A stretch of DNA of 64,000 bases from the NCBI GenBank assembly GCA_964016885.1, contig OZ024743.1, positions 274,970,001-275,034,000 of the forward strand. Direction: 5' to 3'. Positions 58,641-64,000 of the stretch are shown in pieces; the stretch's first letter is position 1, and each line of letters starts with the position of its first letter. Position numbers and translations under genes: made by a program. Origin of the DNA: Eledone cirrhosa. Its lineage: Eukaryota. Below the pieces are notes generated by a model, which saw only the letters and a program-made list of their open reading frames with translations, did no database searches and was not told where the DNA came from.

Positions 58641-59985
58641 TATATATATATATATATTAAATAAGAAAGACGGTTTTATTCGTACATCTTCGTACTAAAA
58701 CGTCTCTCTTATTCAATATACTAAAATTCCGAACGAGAGCTTACGGAGAAAATCCTACGGAACACAAACCATGGAGTGCTTCACGTCTGCTTTATTCATA
58801 TATATATATATATGAATAAAATGGCGGGCTGTGTGGTTGCAGAAAAGTATAATGATAAAAAAAAGTTATGAGCGAAAGAGGGTATTATCCATCATCAGTT
58901 GTCTGCTAGGAATCATCGATATTTCTTCGCAGATACAGACGTGTATGGCAGTATCGGTAGAGGGTTGGACGCCAGGTTTTCTAGCATAGTTACGTCCCTT
59001 TACGGTCTGAGTTTAAATCCCGTCGAGGTTAAATTTGCCTTTTATCCTTATGGGGTCCATAAAATAAAGTACGAGTAATACACTGTGTAATTGCTGGCCT
59101 TGTGCCAAAAGTAGAAACATTTATATACAAGACTATATATACGACTATTAAACGTAAGCATCCATATACACATGTTCACGTTATACTCTCCTCCTCATAA
59201 GGACTCATTCTCCCTTTCACATACACCAACATCTGTATGCATAGAAAGGCGTACGCACTCACACTCACACGCGCACTCACACACACACAAACAGACACAC
59301 ACACACACACACACATCGACAGTCAATTGACTTTCGTCAAATCGGACCGAGGAAACAATGTTTCCATTGGTCTTTCCGGAAATCGAACTCACAATATATG
59401 TGTATTTGTGTATGCATGTGTGTGTGAGTGGGTGGGTGTGTGTTGGTTTCTTAAAGTGGAACTAAAGTGGGACCACAGTTAAATAACTGTTTCTACATTT
59501 TGGCCCAAGGCCAGCAAATACACCAGTATATTACTGGTACTTTATTTTATCGACCCCTTAAGGATGAAAGGCAAAGTTAACCTCGGCTGGATTTGAACTC
59601 AGAGCGTAAAGGGACGTAACTACACTGGAAAGCATGTCTGTCCCTCTACCAATACTGCCAATTCACAAATAACGTACTCAATACATTAGTAAAGAAGGTA
59701 TTTATTGAATTTATTTCATATAGAAATGATTTCTACAAGACTAGAACTGTTTCATTCATTTGAAATACAGTGCGAATCATAAGTCACCGAAAAGTCCAAC
59801 ATATATATTCCATATGATAATATTTACTAAAATTCTGGTCATAATTACAAAATTATAAATACATCGAACAAAAGTAGTTAAAAAATATAACCAAGGCTGA
59901 TCACACAAATAAGTGGATGTTCAAAATATTATCTGTGAACCTTGCAATACAAATGCACTGAATGCCCGATCACTTACGACTCTCC

Positions 59986-60052
<67 letters not shown>

Positions 60053-60163
60053 AAGGTTAAACAATATATATATAGATATATATATATAATGAGTATGCCT
60101 AAGATTGTGTCTACATATACATATATACGTATATGCACATGTATGTATGTGGATGTATGTGTG

Positions 60164-60194
<31 letters not shown>

Positions 60195-60339
60195 ATGTGT
60201 ATATATATATATGTGTGTGTATGTGTATATGTGTGTGTATGTGTAAATAATCAAAGTTAATTTATGCACGTAGACATCCATCCTTCCAGTCATATTCGTG
60301 CATAAAAAAATAAGCGTAAAACAACAACAAAACCAATAA

Positions 60340-61920
60340 GGACAACAAAGCAACACCACACACAACTACAAACATCACAACCACCACCACCACCACAACT
60401 ACAAACACCACAACAACCACCACCACACACAACTACAAACACCACAACCACCACCACCACCACTACCACCATCACCACAACTACAAACATCACAACCACC
60501 ACCACCACCACAACTACAAACACCACAACAACCACCACCACACACAACTACAAACACCACAACCACCACCACCACTACCACCATCACCACAACTACAAAC
60601 ATCACAACCACCACCACCACACACAACTACAAACACCACAACCACCACCACCACACACAACTACAAACACCACAACCACCACCACTACCACCATCACCAC
60701 AACTACAAACATCACAACCACCACCACCACACACAACTACAAACACCACAACCACCACCACCACACACAACTACAAACACCACAACAACCACCACTACCA
60801 CCATCACCACAACTACAAACATCACAACCACCACCATCACCACAACTACAAACATCACAACCACCACCACCACACACAACTACAAACACCACAACCACCA
60901 CCACCACCACTACGACCATCACCACAACTACAAACATCACAACCACCACCACCACCACAACTACAAACACCACAACAACCACCACCACCACCACCACCAC
61001 AACTACAAACACCACAACAACCACCACCACCACCACAACTACAAACATTACAACCACCACCACCACCATTACCACCGCCAACACCACAACCACCACCACA
61101 ACAACTACAACCACCACCACCACAAGCACCACCACAACTACAACCACCACCACAACTGCCACCACCGCCACCAACACCACTACCACAACCACCACCACAA
61201 CTAGAAACACCACAACCACCACAAATACCACAACCACCACCACCACCAACCACCACAAACACCACAACCACCACCACCACCACCACCACCACCACTACAA
61301 ACACCACAAACACTACAACCACCACCACAACTACCACCACCACCGCCACAACCACCACCACCACCACCACCACCACCACCACCACCACCACCACAACCAC
61401 CACCACCACAACTACAAACACCACAAACACTACAACCACCACCACAACTACCACCACCACCGCCACAACCACCACCACCACCACCACCACAAACACCACA
61501 ACCACCACCACCACCACCACCAACACCACAACTACCACCACCACAACTACAAACACCACAAACACTACAACCACCACCACAACTACCACCACCACCGCCA
61601 CAACCACCACCACCACCACCACAAACACCACAACCACCACCACCACCACCACCAACACCACAACTACCACCACCACAACTACAAACACCACAAACACTAC
61701 AACCACCACCACAACTACCACCACCACCACCACCACAAACACCACCACCACCACCACCACAAACACCACAACCTCCACCACCACCACCACCAACACCACA
61801 ACTACCACCACCACCGCCACCACCACCACCACCACCACCACAAACACCACCACCACCACCACCACCACCACCAACACCACAACTACCACCACCACCGCCG
61901 ACAACAACAACAACAGCAGC
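60340..61920. repeat. Complex (CCA)n/ACAACTACAAAC minisatellite
   Basis: Direct reading. Confidence 0.9.
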
Positions 61921-62219
61921 AATTAGCGAGAAAGCTGACAAGAAGCCCTGCTGCTAAAGTAGATAGTGGGAAGGTATGGAAGATGGTGAGGGCGAAACTA
62001 TTTCTCCGATGAAAGAACAATGGGAATATTTTGGAAAATGCACTCAGTAACCTTTCCAATGTTCTCCACCCCAACTCGCAGACGGTAATGGAATATATTG
62101 AGCGTGAGCACGCATACAAATACATGTACGTATTTCTATACACACACGCTAGGTGCACACACGCCCATACACACACACACTCAATCACACACACACACAC
62201 ATATATATATGAATGCCCG

Positions 62220-62298
<79 letters not shown>

Positions 62299-62360
62299 AT
62301 ATGTATGTGTTTCTATATGAATATATGTGTGTGTATGTGTGTATATATATACTGTATATA

Positions 62361-62431
<71 letters not shown>

Positions 62432-62435
<4 letters not shown>

Positions 62436-62625
62436 TTAATATAGATGAGATTCTACAGGACTAGAACTGTTTCATTCTTTAGAAATCATCAGGATTCCTG
62501 ATGATTTCTAAAGAATGAAACAGTTCTAGTCCTGTAGAATCTCATCTATATTAAAACTTTTATACTCTGCAATGTATTGAGTACCTTACTTACTGTGGTT
62601 ACCTCCGATTCAACCCGGAATAACG
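62432..62625. mobile_element. Fold-back turning just 5' of an HHR (62494-62540)
   Basis: 62432-62494 mirrors 62496-62558; attc CTGATGA tttc-taaa-gaat GAAA cag-ttctagtc-ctg TA gaat. Confidence 0.85.
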
Positions 62626-62656
<31 letters not shown>

Positions 62657-62929
62657 TATATATACACACATATATGAATATATGTGTGTATATATATATA
62701 TATTGTATATATATATATATATCTATATACACACACACATATATTCATATAGAAACACATACTACATATATACATTCATACATACATACATATACATATA
62801 TACATCCACATACGTATATGTGCATATACGTATATATGTACATGTAGACACGAGCTTAGGCATACTCATTATATATGTGTGTGGGGGGGGGGCGTGTGTG
62901 TGTGTGTGTATGTATATATATCTATCTAT

Positions 62930-63454
62930 CTAAGGCGGGTAAAATTCCCGAGATCCATGGACGAGTTCTCTCCAGCGGTCTCTGTCCCTCATTATCGCTG
63001 CCATGTCCTGCGTCTCCAACAGACCAGTGTGTGTCCTTAGGGCATCAACATACGTTAACCTTGGTCTTCCCCTTCTAGTGTGTCCATGTAGGGGCTCCCA
63101 AAGGAGCACTGAGTGCAATGTCAACTCTGGATGTCGGTGAGTATGTCCAGCTAACCTCAGTCTCCTCTGTGTCACTTTTGAGCTGACTTTTGGGATGCTC
63201 CCATACAGCTCTGAGTTTTTCATCCTCAGTGTATACTGATGATGTGGTTGAGAGGAAGAGCAAGGCCTGGGCGGCGTGCCACAGCTTGAGATCGGTGTGG
63301 AAGTCGGACCTTCGTAGAGACCTGAAAGTCCGCCTCTTCATTGCTGTAGTGGAGTCTGTGCTGCTGTATGGGTCTGAGACTTGGACACTGACCAAGAAAC
63401 TCACTCAGATGGTGGATGGGTGCTACACGAGAATGCTGAGGGTGGCTCTGAACA

Positions 63455-63456
<2 letters not shown>
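62930..63456 (-). mobile_element. RTE-clade LINE 3' fragment with 5' inversion
   Basis: 62930-63229(-) encodes ..QRRLRLAGH..RRGRPRLTYVD..WRELV; 63230-63456(+) encodes ..KVRLFIAVVESVLLYGSETW..RMLRVALNI. Confidence 0.85.
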
Positions 63457-63496
<40 letters not shown>

Positions 63497-64000
63497 TAAA
63501 AGGAATTCCAACTTTGTCTGATTTACTCGTTTTATTTACAATCCTTTAAAATGTATAATGGTATTAGAATGAAATAGTATGGTAGAATATTAAATGTGAA
63601 GTGTTAATTGAACAAGTACTTTCATGCTTTCGCAATCTGCAGGTTCTTAATGTGTGGTGACAGTCAAGTTTGCAATAAAAGAAGTAAATGAGACAAAGTT
63701 GGAATTCCTTTTATTAATATAATCTTCTATACACAATCATACACACCCGTGTATATTTATCTCTCTATCTATATATATAGATATAGATATAGATATATAT
63801 AGGTGGCCAGAGTGCTAGCGTCAAGAAAGGCCCTGGGCCAGTTCTTCGACGCGAAACACGAAGGCTGCATCTTCCGAAGCAAAATACGTGCTCTGGGAAA
63901 CGAGGGGACCAAAGCTGTTAGCTAGGTCCGCGTGACAGAAGCCAAAAGAGGGAGTAGATCCACTATCCGGTCTTTGCGAGACCAGGATGGACGGGTGATC

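Overview
Eukaryotic, gene-free, very microsatellite-rich intergenic or intronic DNA. The SINE families and the (TA)n/(CA)n/(ATAC)n load suggest an octopus or other cephalopod genome (inference). No host protein-coding gene is supported, and most ORFs in the track are translated simple repeats. The window holds one near-intact RTE LINE with three C-terminal C2H2 fingers plus its non-autonomous ~610-bp derivative, five decayed Penelope-like element (PLE) bodies or fragments, other LINE fragments and many tRNA-derived SINEs. The main unexplained structure is a set of about 20 type I hammerhead ribozyme (HHR) motifs, many with the U3-A8 core variant (UUGANAA). They sit in short non-coding units of about 307, 316, 519, 553 and 593 bp that occur as tandem or circularly permuted copies. 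These units and the PLE ends are inserted into (TA)n as head-to-head fold-backs with the ribozyme-sense 3' ends pointing outward. The clearest case is a near-identical 5.3 x 593-bp array at 54264-57430 with an inverted terminal arm joined by a 7-nt microhomology, which looks like a retrotransposed multimeric or circular self-cleaving RNA (retrozyme-like). Ribozyme folds and element boundaries were read by eye and are approximate.
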